A stretch of 63,463 bases of DNA, filler included, from Nemertoderma westbladi (lineage: Eukaryota; Animalia; Xenacoelomorpha): the NCBI GenBank assembly GCA_032718475.1. It is 4 parts of 4 records of this genome, joined end to end, with 100 filler letters (N's around TTAATTAATTAA, not from the genome) between each part and the next. Parts side by side here need not be neighbours in the genome. Positions count along the whole stretch, not along the records: positions 1 to 23,083 come from JAUCBJ010002059.1; 3 more parts are not named here. One strand, written 5' to 3'. Under the pieces are notes generated by a model. That model was not told where the DNA came from. It made no database searches and saw only the letters and a program-made list of their open reading frames with translations. Both the position numbers and the translations under genes were made by a program. Shown here one piece after another: positions 1 through 14,700 of this stretch (positions are counted from its first letter, which is position 1; each line of letters opens with the position of its first letter).

Positions 1-3
1 TTT

Positions 4-322
4 ATTATAATGGAGAACCAACGGTTATTCCCAATTAATATAATAACTTAATTACAGAATCTAGAAAACAAACAGAAAGCGGCAAAGGTGGTCGCGTTGC
101 ATCATACTGTATATAGTAGGTGAAATCTGATAATTAAGATAAAGTATAGCGTATAGCTACACAGTAGGTGTGAATGTTGAATTGGCAAGGTGTGTGGGGG
201 GGGGGGGGGGGGGATTGCCTCAAAACTATAATACTGAGAGTACAGTGGAATAGAAGGCCAGTTATATTTATTTTACACTCAACCAAACTACGCAATAAAT
301 CATTAACATACACTTTATGGAT
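4..322. repeat. Copy 1 of a ~320-bp direct repeat flanking the decarboxylase gene (may extend left of the window)
   Basis: attataatggagaaccaacggttattccc...catacactttatggat recurs near-identically at ~2239-2564. Confidence 0.9.
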
Positions 323-445
323 TCTAGAGTAAAGATTAAACATTTATTATTCTGAGTGAAACCACGCTATAAAAATAAATTTACTCTCCTTAATCAATTA
401 CGCAATACTCTAATTATCCCTTAGATAAACGTTATTACAGTTAAT

Positions 446-1951
446 TTATTCACCGGGGGACAACTCCAGATTCTGCCCAGCCTGATGAAGAATTTTCACG
501 ATGTTATCCATGTCGTCGGTGGGTTAACCTGGGAACGGTTGTCAACACAAGACGAAAGAAGTTGCAAAGGTTTTTATGAGGGAGCGGGTTGTATCCGATC
601 ATTAAGGAACCGTCTAGGGTAATCCGCTTCTTAATTTCCGGCGCCACAGTCGATAATTTCTTCCACCACTTAGCTGATCGTTCCTGGTGCATCATTGATG
701 TGGGAATGTACCAAAAACATATGTTGGTACATTGAGACTCAGGATTAATTACCATCTCGAAATTCAGATGGGAGTTAATAAGTTTGACGATGTAGTTCTT
801 ACATTCGAAAGCATTATCAACGGCTTCTTCCATTCCTGAGTCACCCAATGACTTCCACATCAACCAGAACTTAAACGCCTCGGCCTTCCGCCCACACTGG
901 ACGCTTTTATCCCCGGTATCGTATGAAACATCGTAAAACTTATCCTGTTGGAACAGGTAGGTGGCGGCGGCGCTGTTACACTGCTGCAAGAGGCCGACTT
1001 CCTTCAACACAAACAGTGAAATTTGCACAGGAGCTCCCATCATCTTGTGCGGATTCCAACAAAAAGAATCGATCAACTCAATGCCTTTCACGAGATGTCG
1101 GTGTTTCTTGGAGAAGAGAACAGGCCCACCCCAAGCCGCGTCAACGTGTAACCACAACGAATGTTTCCGACAAACACTAGCAATCTCCTCTAAAGGATCG
1201 AACGCACCCAGTACGGTTGTTCCGCATGTCGCATTCACCACAAAAGGCCTCATACCTTTACTAATAGATTCCGCTACGCATTCTTCTAACTTTTCCGGTA
1301 TCATTGCCCCGAATTCATTGGTCTCCACCGCAAACACGCTTTCCGTACCGTGGCCTAACCAATGAGCTGCCTTGGCCACTGAGTAGTGGCTGTCGCTGGA
1401 GGTGAATATCGCAAGACGAGGAAGTCCGAAGATTCCGGTTCGTTTCACATCCGGAAAGGCTTTGAACCGAGCGGCAACCAGTCCGTACATAATGGCTAGA
1501 CTACCACCGGGAGAGAAAATACCGTCGCCGGATTCCCATCCTAGCAGCTGCACAACCTTCTTGATGACAGCGCGCTCAATCAGAGTGAATAGTGGAGCCA
1601 CTTCGAAAGTGTGTTGATTCACGTTGAGAGCTTCGGTGAGCCAAGTTCCAGCCAATGCCACCTCGTGAACGCCCCCAAACAACTGGTTGCGAAACATCGG
1701 GGAATAGGTCTTGACGCTGTACCGAACCAGATCTTTGCATGCAGTCATGATGTCTTTCTCGGGTGCTCCTTCCACGTCAATGCTGAAGTCAAACTTTTGT
1801 TCTAAAACTTTCGGATGGAAGAATTCTACTACCGGAACGGTTCCGTTATCCTGCATTCCAGAGACAAGCTTCTCTCATCGAATACAAGTTCCGAAACATC
1901 CTTTAGAAATTTACCAGGGGAATGTTTTTCTTGTGGTCCGTTGGTATTCAT
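446..1951 (-). CDS. Group II PLP-dependent amino-acid decarboxylase (GAD/CSAD/GADL1 family), intronless, ~500 aa after repairing two frameshifts
   Basis: ORF 504-1856 has NQL, GDGIFSPGGS, HYS, GTTVLGAFDPL, HVDAAWGG, NPHK (PLP lysine), YDTGDKSVQCGR and FFRLV. Removing 2 bp in GAGAGA (~1872-1876) joins upstream MNTNG...FLKDVSELVFDE from ATG 1951. Removing 1 bp in the G-run at 521-523 restores the family-like end DDMDNIVKILHQAGQNL, with TAA at 446. Confidence 0.9.
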
Positions 1952-2238
1952 TATGCAATAATACTGTATGAATTAACACACGACAAATGTAAATAAATTT
2001 AATCTAAGTAAATTTTTAAACAAACTTAAATTTTGCAATATGCATTACAACACAATACACAGAATACAAAGAATTTATAGCACGTCATACAGACTAGAAT
2101 ATTAGAAAATAAAATCTTTCAAATTCCAGTTTTATCGGGGGAGGGGGGGGGGGATTGAGAGATTCGATGAACATTTTGTAAATATTAATACTAAGGGGAA
2201 TATTAAACTGAAATTAAAAAATATTATGGTATAATTTG

Positions 2239-2564
2239 ATTATAATGGAGAACCAACGGTTATTCCCAATTAATATAATAACTTAATTACGGAATCTAGA
2301 AAACAAACAGAAAACGGCAAAGGTGGTCGCAGTTGCATTATACTGATATAGTAGGTAAAATCTGATAACGTGTGTTAAGTACGATAAGGTATAGCTACAG
2401 TAGGTGTGAAGGTTGAATTGACAGGAGGTGTGGGGGGGGGGGGGGGGGGGGGGGGGGTTGCCTCAAAACTATAATACTGAGAGTACAGTGGAATAGAAGG
2501 GCAGTTAGATTTATTTTACACTCAACCAAACTACTCAATAAATCATTAACATACACTTTATGGA
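2239..2564. repeat. Copy 2 of the direct repeat, ending against a LINE fragment
   Basis: Direct alignment with 4-322. Confidence 0.9.
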
Positions 2565-2960
2565 TCTCCTTTATAGAAGTAAAAGTGTCTGAGTCTCAGT
2601 CTGTACTCCCAGATATTCCCATTGGCGATATCTTCTTTGCAGAAGTGAAGGCTGCTGCAAAGAGCATTAAGACCCAGCGTGCCAGTGGAGTAGATGGTGT
2701 TCCCCCTGAGGTCTTTAAAATACCTGAGTGTTTAAAGCTCATCTATCCCATCATAGTAGACATGTACAGAACAACAAGGGTCCCACAAGAAATGAAAACA
2801 AATAAGTTGGTGCCAGTTCCCAAGAAGGGCAACCTAACACTCTATGGTTCTTTTCGGGGAATCTCATTGATATCTATTGCTGCAAAGCTATACAATAGAA
2901 TTCTATTAAATCGCATCAGGGATCCCATTGAGAGACTGCTCCGTGGAAATCAGAAGAATC
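2565..2960 (+). mobile_element. RTE-clade LINE reverse-transcriptase fragment
   Basis: ASGVDGVPPEVFK...LVPVPKKGNL...FRGISLISIAAKLYNRILLNRI...LRGNQ (N-terminal RT subdomains). Confidence 0.85.
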
Positions 2961-3425
2961 AGTAAATACACCCACGCCAAACTCGGTTTAAGTAAATACA
3001 CCCACATCGACCTCGATTCGAGTAAATACACTCACAGCTAACTCGGGTTGAGTAAATGCAACCACAGCAAACTCGGGTTGAGTGAATGCACCAACAGCAA
3101 ACTAGGGTTGAGTAAATACACCCACACCAAACTAGTGTTGAGTAGATACACCCACATCGACCTCGGTTCGAGTAAATACACTCATAGCAAACTCGGTTTG
3201 AGTAAATGCAACCACCACAGCAAACTCGGTTTGAGTGAATGCACCAACAGCAAACTTTGGTTGAGTAAATACACCCACAGCAAACTCGGTTTGAGTAAAT
3301 ACACCCACAGCAAACTTGGGTTGAGTAAATGCAACCACAGCTAACTCGGTTTGAGTAAATGCAACTTCAGTAAACTTGGGTGGAGTAAATGCGCCCTACC
3401 CAGCAAACTCTGTATTTGAGTGAAT
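2960..3425. repeat. Minisatellite, ~30-bp unit (gagtaaatacacccacagcaaactcggttt), ~15 copies
   Basis: Visible tandem units; the overlapping ORF shows 10-aa periodicity. Confidence 0.9.
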
Positions 3426-4240
3426 GGCCCAGGGCAAGTGTTGTCGAGAATTCGGTCTGTATTGGATTGGTGGAAATCAATAAATTAAACAAATAATAAT
3501 TGACCAACTCTGTATCCTCTTTCATCAAGTAAATGCGAGTAAGAGCTCAAATGAAAAAGTTGAGGATAAATTACTTCTTTGTAGAAAGTCAAACAATAGT
3601 GGTATATAATAATATTATAGATAAAGTACCTCAAGCACACCTGGCAACTGCAAAAAATACGTAAATAGAACCACTTACACCTACCTATTACCTACATACA
3701 TAGAGACAGTAGTAAATTTTCTGCGTTAAACTTTTAATTATTACAGTGAATGGCAGATCCAAAGTTATGTGGATCAACATTAACATTTATTGAGAACAAA
3801 CGCAATTTTGTTATAAACGTTGCATTCTCCAACAATGATAATTTAATCGACAATTTACTAGTTCAAATCTAACATCCATTTATATGTAATTTTTAGAATA
3901 TTTGGTTTATTATTTTGGTTCTGTAACCTATTCTTAAAAAAATAAATAAACACTTACTATCGGTAGTAAATTGTAGATTTGAATGTAAAGTTATATTATT
4001 CAACATAACAAAATTACAGTACCAGGTCCCAAAAAATGATACATTTACCTTATACAAATTAAGTTGGGGTTGGTATCCCATGGTCCAAAACTAGCCAAAT
4101 ATATTTACTTTTAGTTACGGTTCCCTGGGTTCTGCGGTTACGGATAGAAAATGGTAGTCGGTAGTCACTGTTTTGAGATTGAAAGATCCTTAGGAATTAC
4201 AAATTACTCGGCACTGCTGACAACTCAATACGAATACCTA

Positions 4241-4831
4241 CTATTTCTTCTTCCCTCTATTTTTATCGAGTTTCTTTCCAGCCGCCTCCACCTTACTAAT
4301 CCTTTCGAGTTCCTTAGCAGCTTTCTCATCAACGCGTTTTTTAGCCGCTTCTTCCCGCTGTTGACGGATGAGAGCCAATCGCGCCATATCGGCTTGCGCC
4401 TCTGAGGTTTTCCCCTCGGCGTGTAATTTCTGGTAGCGCTCCTTCTGTTGCTGTTTCTCGATTTCTTCGCGTTCCTTCCGACTGTAAGTAGGTTTAGTGG
4501 ATACGTCGTTGATGTTTAATTCAGAGGCTTTCTTCGTCTGTTCCGGCACTCTATTGGGGTTGGATGTCTCGATTAGATGATGGACGCCTTTAGATTTATA
4601 ACCGTCGTCGTCCTCTGAATCATCACTATCTCGTAGACGTTGCCGCGCCGTGTCCGTGGTAATCTTCCGGACTCCGTCATCGCTATCTGATTCACCGCCA
4701 CGCCGACCATCTCCTTGGTTTCGCTGCTGTTCTTGCTGCAGCTCTTCCTCGGTTGTGAAGTGGCGGTGTCTCCCTTTGTGTTGTATTTTTTTACCACGGC
4801 CAGCGCCAGCACCCCCTCGCTTGCTGGACAT
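4241..4831 (-). CDS. PDAP1: 28-kDa heat- and acid-stable phosphoprotein (PDGFA-associated protein 1), intronless
   Basis: [67 protein letters not shown] (PP28 family signature). Confidence 0.93.
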   Translation of the reverse strand: MSSKRGGAGAGRGKKIQHKGRHRHFTTEEELQQEQQRNQGDGRRGGESDSDDGVRKITTDTARQRLRDSDDSEDDDGYKSKGVHHLIETSNPNRVPEQTKKASELNINDVSTKPTYSRKEREEIEKQQQKERYQKLHAEGKTSEAQADMARLALIRQQREEAAKKRVDEKAAKELERISKVEAAGKKLDKNRGKKK

Positions 4832-5879
4832 AACCTTATCAACGAGTTTAGTTACCTAGGCTAATGTTGTCAGTTGTACCGGTAGGTACTGAGGTACGGT
4901 ACCTGCTGACTTGTATTCTCTACCTACCTGCCTACTTCTGTACCGGTACTGGTCTGAAAAAATCACCAATAAAAAATTTTGGATGCCACGTGATCGAATG
5001 ACAATGCCTACTATATTCAGGATCATGTTTGAAAAAAATGTGCTGTGCACTAAACTCTAGCGGGAGACTACACCACAACGCAACAGCTTACAGGCTTCGG
5101 ACCACCAAAGAAATATAGATTTCAGAGGTTTGACAGACTATTATAGATTGACTGAGTTATTAGCCCAAACATTTTCGGACAGACCGACGACAAACTATGG
5201 TGGAGCCAGAAATGTCGTTACAAAGGAAAAGTCACGCAAGATAAAGTAACAAAACCTTGGCCAATTACTGAATTAACTTATCTTGTTCTGGGTTTTTTCT
5301 GTCGTGGGATTTTTCTGCTGTGGGTTTTATCTACCGTGACTTTTTTCTGTCCTGGGTTTTTTTATGTTTGCCGCATGGTCTATGTACCTTTAGTAGGGGT
5401 GTAAACGCTACGCCGACAGCCGACAACCAATGCCGACAACCATTATTAAAGCAAATTAATATTAATTATTAATTGAGGGAAAGGAACAGGAAATAAACCA
5501 ATACTTTTATACAGTATTCGATGGACACGAGGCGTCTGAAATCAGTCATTTAAATCAAACTTCCGAAATCTACCTAAAATACCTTAGCTCCAGAAGTGAA
5601 GAGGTCAGAAAATCATAGGGATTTGATTCAAATTGGACTACTTATAACTTTAGGCTTTGGGTCACCCGAAACTAAATCCGGACATGCACAGACGCAGATA
5701 ACAATAAAGTGATGGAAACAGATGGCTTAAACTAAACAAATAACCACACAAAGATATTATTAATAATAGTTAAGCCGATAATTAATAATTTATTGCAATA
5801 TATTTATTAATTTGGAGTGTATGTAATGTGAATTTGTTTTACTTACGAAACTTATCTTGTTTCATGAACTTTGTTGTGT

Positions 5880-7095
5880 ACTGAGGTCTTTAAAATACCA
5901 GATTGTTTGAGCATATTTACCCCATTTTCATACAATAGACATGTACAGAACGACGATAGTCCCACAGGAAATGAAAACATATAAGTTGGTGCCAGTTCCC
6001 AAGAAGGGCAAGCTAACATTATGGATCTTTTCGGGGAATCTCGTTGATCGCGATTGCTGCAAAACTATACAATAGAATATATTTATATTAAATCGCATCA
6101 GGGATCCTATTGCGAGACTGTTACGTAGAAATCAGAATGGATTTCGTAAAGGTTGTGGGACCATGCAGCCCATTTTGCACTTTAGAAGGATAATAATTGA
6201 AGAGTTATCAAAAAAGAAAGACAGGCATCTGTTATCTTTGTTGAATTCTTCAATGCATTTGATTCAGTCTCTCGCTCACGTATGTTCAGCATACTTTCAT
6301 TATATGGGATTGCTGATGAAGTTATAGCGCAGCAATCTGATCGGTATACCATGGTTAAACGACATTTGTGTCTACTGTTGATGGTGACACAGAACCATTC
6401 GAAGTGTTATGGGGAGTCCTCCAAGGTGACACACTTGTACCATTCCATAATAATTGTGATTGACTATGTTCTACGCATGTCCTTAGATCATCATAATGAT
6501 GATGGGGTGATTGTAACTCCACCTACTGGCTCCAGAAGTCGAGGAGATCCTGCCAAGAACCTACTGTATGTAACTGATCTAGAGGAATACTCTCAGAATC
6601 ACTAGAGGGAGCCCATCGGATCCTCAGATCATTAGAACATGCTGCTTCTAGTGTTGGTCTTTTTATTAACTACAGAAAGACCAAAATTTTGACTTCGAAT
6701 ACGTAATGGAAAGGCATGGCCAGCATTGAATGGTCTTTCCAGGATTTTGATTGGTCACACAGAATACGTCAGAAACTTAAGGTCCGAATATTTAGAGCAG
6801 CATTAGTCCCAGTAATTATCTGTGGGAATCCATGCTGAGCTCTAACTGCTTAGGACACCAAATCTCTGAATCGCACATTCACAAGAATTATACGCCAGAC
6901 ACTAAATGACATTGTGGGTGTCTTATTGATTCCCCCAAGCCTTACACTAGAACAAAGCCGCCACCGCCTTGCAGGACATTGCTTTCACCGCGAGAACCAT
7001 CCTGTGCACAATATTGTGCGTTGGCAGCCCAGCCCCATGGATTAAAATAAGCATGGTGGACCTGGACATTCCATGACTTTCTTGAAACGCCTCTT
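5880..7095 (+). mobile_element. Heavily degenerate RTE-clade LINE (RT to C-terminus)
   Basis: DNA similarity to 2708-2955. Broken motifs NQNGFRKG, FFNAFDS, GVLQGDTL, RLAGHCF and WQP in shifting frames. Confidence 0.8.
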
Positions 7096-7518
7096 AAGGG
7101 GGGTAACCCGACCTGGTGTTTTTTTTATTTTGTTTATATCTCCAATATGGTTGAAGAATGCGCATAAGACGATATACCATCGAAAATAGAATGAACTAAA
7201 GTAAATAATAATGTGAAAAATGTAAAATCTAGTCTTCTAACTGACTATCTGATGTCTGCCTGTGAGTCAGTTTGTCTGTCGGTCGGTCTGTCCGTCAAAT
7301 TATAATAATTCGCATAAATTAGCTAAAAATGTCTCCATGGGGGTTTTCGTGGTCGGTAATTTAATTTCCGATGTCAGTTTTCGTAATTAGCTGAATCTTG
7401 TCTGTCTATATAGGGTCTGTATGACTGCAAACTGCAAAAATAATTGACGGACAGTCCGACAGACAGATAGACAGACACACAGAAAGACAGACAGACACAC
7501 AGAATGACAGACAGAAAC

Positions 7519-8448
<930 letters not shown>

Positions 8449-8630
8449 CTTTTGCATTTATTGTAACAGTTGATATCTGTTAGTTGATAATGTGATAGTA
8501 ATAACAGTCGAGGAAATAAATCATTATCGGCAACACTTGAAAGTAAAATGATATCGTATCTCGCCCCATTATATTAAAGAAAAAGTGATATATAAATTAC
8601 ATTTTTCTCAAACTCTTTAAATAATCAAAA

Positions 8631-10190
<1,560 letters not shown>

Positions 10191-11775
10191 TTAGGCTATA
10201 GGGGCTGTTGCGCTGTCAGTCAGAGAGGTAACAGCCCATGGGGTAAGGATTGGGTAAAACTTTTGCGTAGAGGTATAGCCTACATAGAGGCTACATGTAG
10301 GTATGTGTAGCCTACATGTAGGTGCACGTGTAGGGTGAATGTAGGTAGGTGTAGGTAGGTCTTTAAAAACAACAATGACTGAATGATGAATGAATAGGCC
10401 TACACGGGGTACCCGGACCCGAACTTCCTCGATGAGATGCGAATGCGGCGAACGGGGGTGGTACCCGGAACAACCACGAAGAGATGCGCATATGGCGGGC
10501 AGTGGTACCTGAAACAACCAGGAGGAGATGCGAATACGTCGAATGGGGGTCCCCTGAATACCCACGAGACGGAGCCTATCAATACTACAGTACTGACAAA
10601 GGAAAAAACGACTGAACGATATACCGATACATACTGTAGATCTTATGATCCTGTGGGTTCAGGCATGGAGGCTAATGACTTTGTATGGGCCGAACGGCCC
10701 GAACCTGATGTTTCCAGTCAAGGAGGAATCGACTAACGGTTAGGGTTAGAGCTCGTCGTCGGTGTCCATGAGGGTCTGAGGATGAGTGGGTAATTCAACA
10801 AAACGCTAACAATGATACCGGACTGACTGATTGAACCAGAGTGGCGATGGTAGTCGCTGATGTATATATATTATATATATCATGTATTGATTGTTAGTAG
10901 ATATTTTTTTATAGTATTTGTTTATTAAATTGTCTTCAATGTCTATATTGATAATATTGTGTGCTGATTTTACTTATTTTTCATTTTATAAATCTTGCTG
11001 TGGCCGTTTTAATCTACTAAACTGCCGTATCAATTTCATGATATTTTAATGGATACCGGTATGCAATTTAACTTCTTCTTTCTATTAACTTTCAATGCAA
11101 TCAAATATAACTGTAAAGCTATTGACTTTGTGTTATTGTTTTGCTGTTACTTCGAGATGGGATTTGAATCTGTGAATCCCATCGGATTACTGATTAATTC
11201 CCATCATCGAGATGGGAATACTTTATAATGAAACAGTGTGGTGGTCCGCGGGATAGTGGGAAGGGATGGGACTGTTGCTGGTTGGTGGAATGTGACTGCC
11301 TGAAAAATTAAAACAAACAAAACTTCCAGACTTCTATATTTTTACTTTCAAAACAAAACGTCCAAAACATTTCAATGCTGAAGTACTGTTCAAGTCCCAT
11401 GGATCAGTGGATGTATGGTTGATAAACAGATAAAGAGGGGCATAGGGGGGTCAGGGTTTCTGGTAGACTATATAGTCCCCGCGATGATGGCTGTTCTTGT
11501 TTAGGTTACTCTTACTCAATAAACATATAAATCAGAACGAGTTAATCTAATGGAACGATGCCTTTCGTGGCGTTAGCATACTCAAATTTATTAGGGCATA
11601 ATATTTATGACGAGTAAGGGACTTTAGTATAATTAGAACGCGATGTTTGATATTTATACAGTACTGCAGTAGGCCTATGCAGTAAAACCTGTTGTCTGAC
11701 AGCAGACAGGTCTGCAGGTTGATGTACCGTATTGTACCGTGGAGATCAGAGATTATTGCCATACATCCTGATTGA

Positions 11776-14700
11776 GAGCTGGGGGAAGATCTTCTCTGTG
11801 CTGGGGGTAAGCGCGCGTAAGAAAAGGGGGAAGAGGGGGAAAGAAAAGGGGTATGGATCTATAAATAGCATCCAATGGGACGCCTCTATTTTACGACCGT
11901 TCTATACTGTAAACATACAGCTGTCTACCTTATTGAGAAGTGGTAATACTACTTAATAGTTGCTAAACTTACCCCCCCCCCCCACCCACCTACTGTATCA
12001 TTACACACCTACTGTACTTAACCATGCATACCCATTCCTACATACCTACTTACACGTACCCTCCCACCCACCTAAGCACGTCGACTTAACTGCACCCACC
12101 CACCGATCTAAGCACACCTACTTAACCGCACCCCCTACCCACCTAAGTACGTATACTTACCCACACCCACCCACCTACCTAAGCACAACTACTTAACTGC
12201 ACCCACCCACTCTCCTAAGCACATCTACTTAACCGCACACACCCACCAACCTAAGCACGTCTAGTTAACCACACCCACCCACCTAAGCACATCGACTTAA
12301 CCGCACCCACCCACCCATCTAAGCACACCTACTTAACCGCACCCACCCACCCACCTAAGCACACCTACTTAACCGCACCCACCCGCCCTCCTAAGCACGT
12401 CTACTTACCCGCACCCACCCACCCATCTAAACACGTCTACTTAACCGCACCCACCCACCCACCTAAGCACGTGTACTTAACCGCACCCACCCACCCACCT
12501 AAGCACGTGTACTTAACCACACCCACCCACCCACCTAAGCACGTATACTTACCCGCACCCACCTCCTACCTAAGCACACCTAGTCAACCGCACCCACCTA
12601 AGCACATCGACTTAACCGCACCCACCCACCCACATAAGCACGTGTACTTAACCACACCTACCCACCCACCCACCTAAGCACGTATACTTACCCGCACCCA
12701 CCTCCTACCTAAGCACACCTAGTTAACCGCACCCACCTAAGCACATCGACTTAACCGCACCCACGCACCCACATAAGCACGTGTACTTAACCACACCAAC
12801 CCACCCACCCACCTAAGCACGTATACTTACCCGCACCCACCTCCTACCTAAGCACACATAGTTAACCGCACCCACCTAAGCACGTATACTTAACCACACC
12901 CACCCACCCACCTAAGCACGTTTACTTAACCACACCCACCCACCCACCTAAGCACATCGACTTAACGGCTAAGCACACCTACTTAACCGCACGTGTACTT
13001 AACCGGAAACAATCAACCAACCCACCTAAGCACGTCTACTTAACCGCAAAGCACACCTACTTAACCGCACCCACCCACCTACATAAGAACGTCTACTTAA
13101 CCGCACCCACCCACCCACCTAAGCACACCTACTTAACCGCACCAACCCACCTACATAAGCACGTCTACTTAACCACACCCACCCACCCTCCTAAGCACGT
13201 CTACTTAACCGCACCCACCCATCTACCTAAGCACAACTACTTAACTGCACCCACCCACCCACCTAAGCACATCGACTTAGCCGCACCCACCCACCCACCT
13301 AAGCACACCTACTTAACCGCACCCGGCCACCCACCTTCCTAAGCACATCGACTTAACCGCACCCACCCACCCACCTAAGCACACCTACTTAACTGCACCC
13401 ACCCACCCACCTAAGCACACCTACTTAACTGCACCCACCCACCAACCTAAGCAAGTCTACTTAACCGCATCCACACACCAAACTAAGCAAGCACGTCTAC
13501 TTAACCACACCCAACCTCCCCTACCCCTACACACCTAATTACCCGCACTCACCTACCCCTACCCACCATCCCTCCCTCCCACACCCTATTTACCCGCACC
13601 GACCGCCCGAACCTAACAAACACACCCACCCCTACTTTTCCTACCTTATTCAGACTCCATGGCAAACATTCTCGGAGCAATCGTGCCGTACCAGAAATTT
13701 GCAAAAACGTAAAGCAGGGACAGTTTTCGCCAAAACCTTTTTTACAAGAACCTTTTTTTATAATCGTTTCCTATAAAATAATGCTAAGTTTTTACATCCT
13801 AGAACATTCGATAACTATTGTAATTAATTAATAGGTTGGTTGCTTTTTTTACCATATATTATTAAATAAATGTGAGATAGTTAGTGCAGTTAGTTTAATT
13901 ATAATATCGTAAACATCACTGCACAAAAACGCGTTTTACACACCAGATCTTTAAAACATTACCTTTATTCGCATGCGAAAATAAGGGTTATGCCAGAGCC
14001 AGCCTAGAGGCCAAGCAAGGTACCGGTAGCCGTAAGCGCGCGTAAGAAAAGGGGGAAGAGGGGGAAAGAAAAGGGGTATGGATCTATAAATAGCATACAA
14101 TGGGACGCCTCTATTTTACGACCGTTCTATACTGTAAACATACAGCTGTCTACCTTATGGAGAAGTGGTAATACTACTTAATAGTTGCTAAACTTACCCC
14201 CCCCCCCCCACCCACCTACTGTATCATTACCCACCTACTGTACTTAACCATACATACCCATTCCTACATACCTACTTACACGTACCCTCCCACCCACCTA
14301 AGCACGTCGACTTAACTGCACCCACCCACCGATCTAAGCACACCTACTTAACCGCACCCACCTACCCACCTAAGCACGTATACTTACCCACACCCACCCA
14401 CCTACCTAAGCACAACTACTTAACTGCAAAGCACGTCTACTTAACCGCACCCACCCACACACCTAAGCACGCCTACTTACCCGCACCCACCCACACACCT
14501 AAGCACGTCTACTTAACCGCAAACACCCACCCACCCACCTAAGCATATCGACTTAACCGCACCCACCCACCCACCTAAGCACACCTCCTTAACCGCACGT
14601 GTACTTAACCGCAAACAATCAACCAACCCACCTAAGCACGTCTACTTAACCGCACCCACCCATTCACCTAAGCACACCTACTTAACCGCACCCACCCACC

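Noticed and set aside
7094-7200. TTAA-GGGGGGTAACCCG possible Kolobok-type transposon end (and TAGGGGTGTAAAC at ~5394, hAT-like)
   Set aside because: No matching partner TIR or TSD found in the window
12060-13560. Telomeric TTAGG repeats
   Set aside because: Only one CCTAA per 36-bp unit, never tandem
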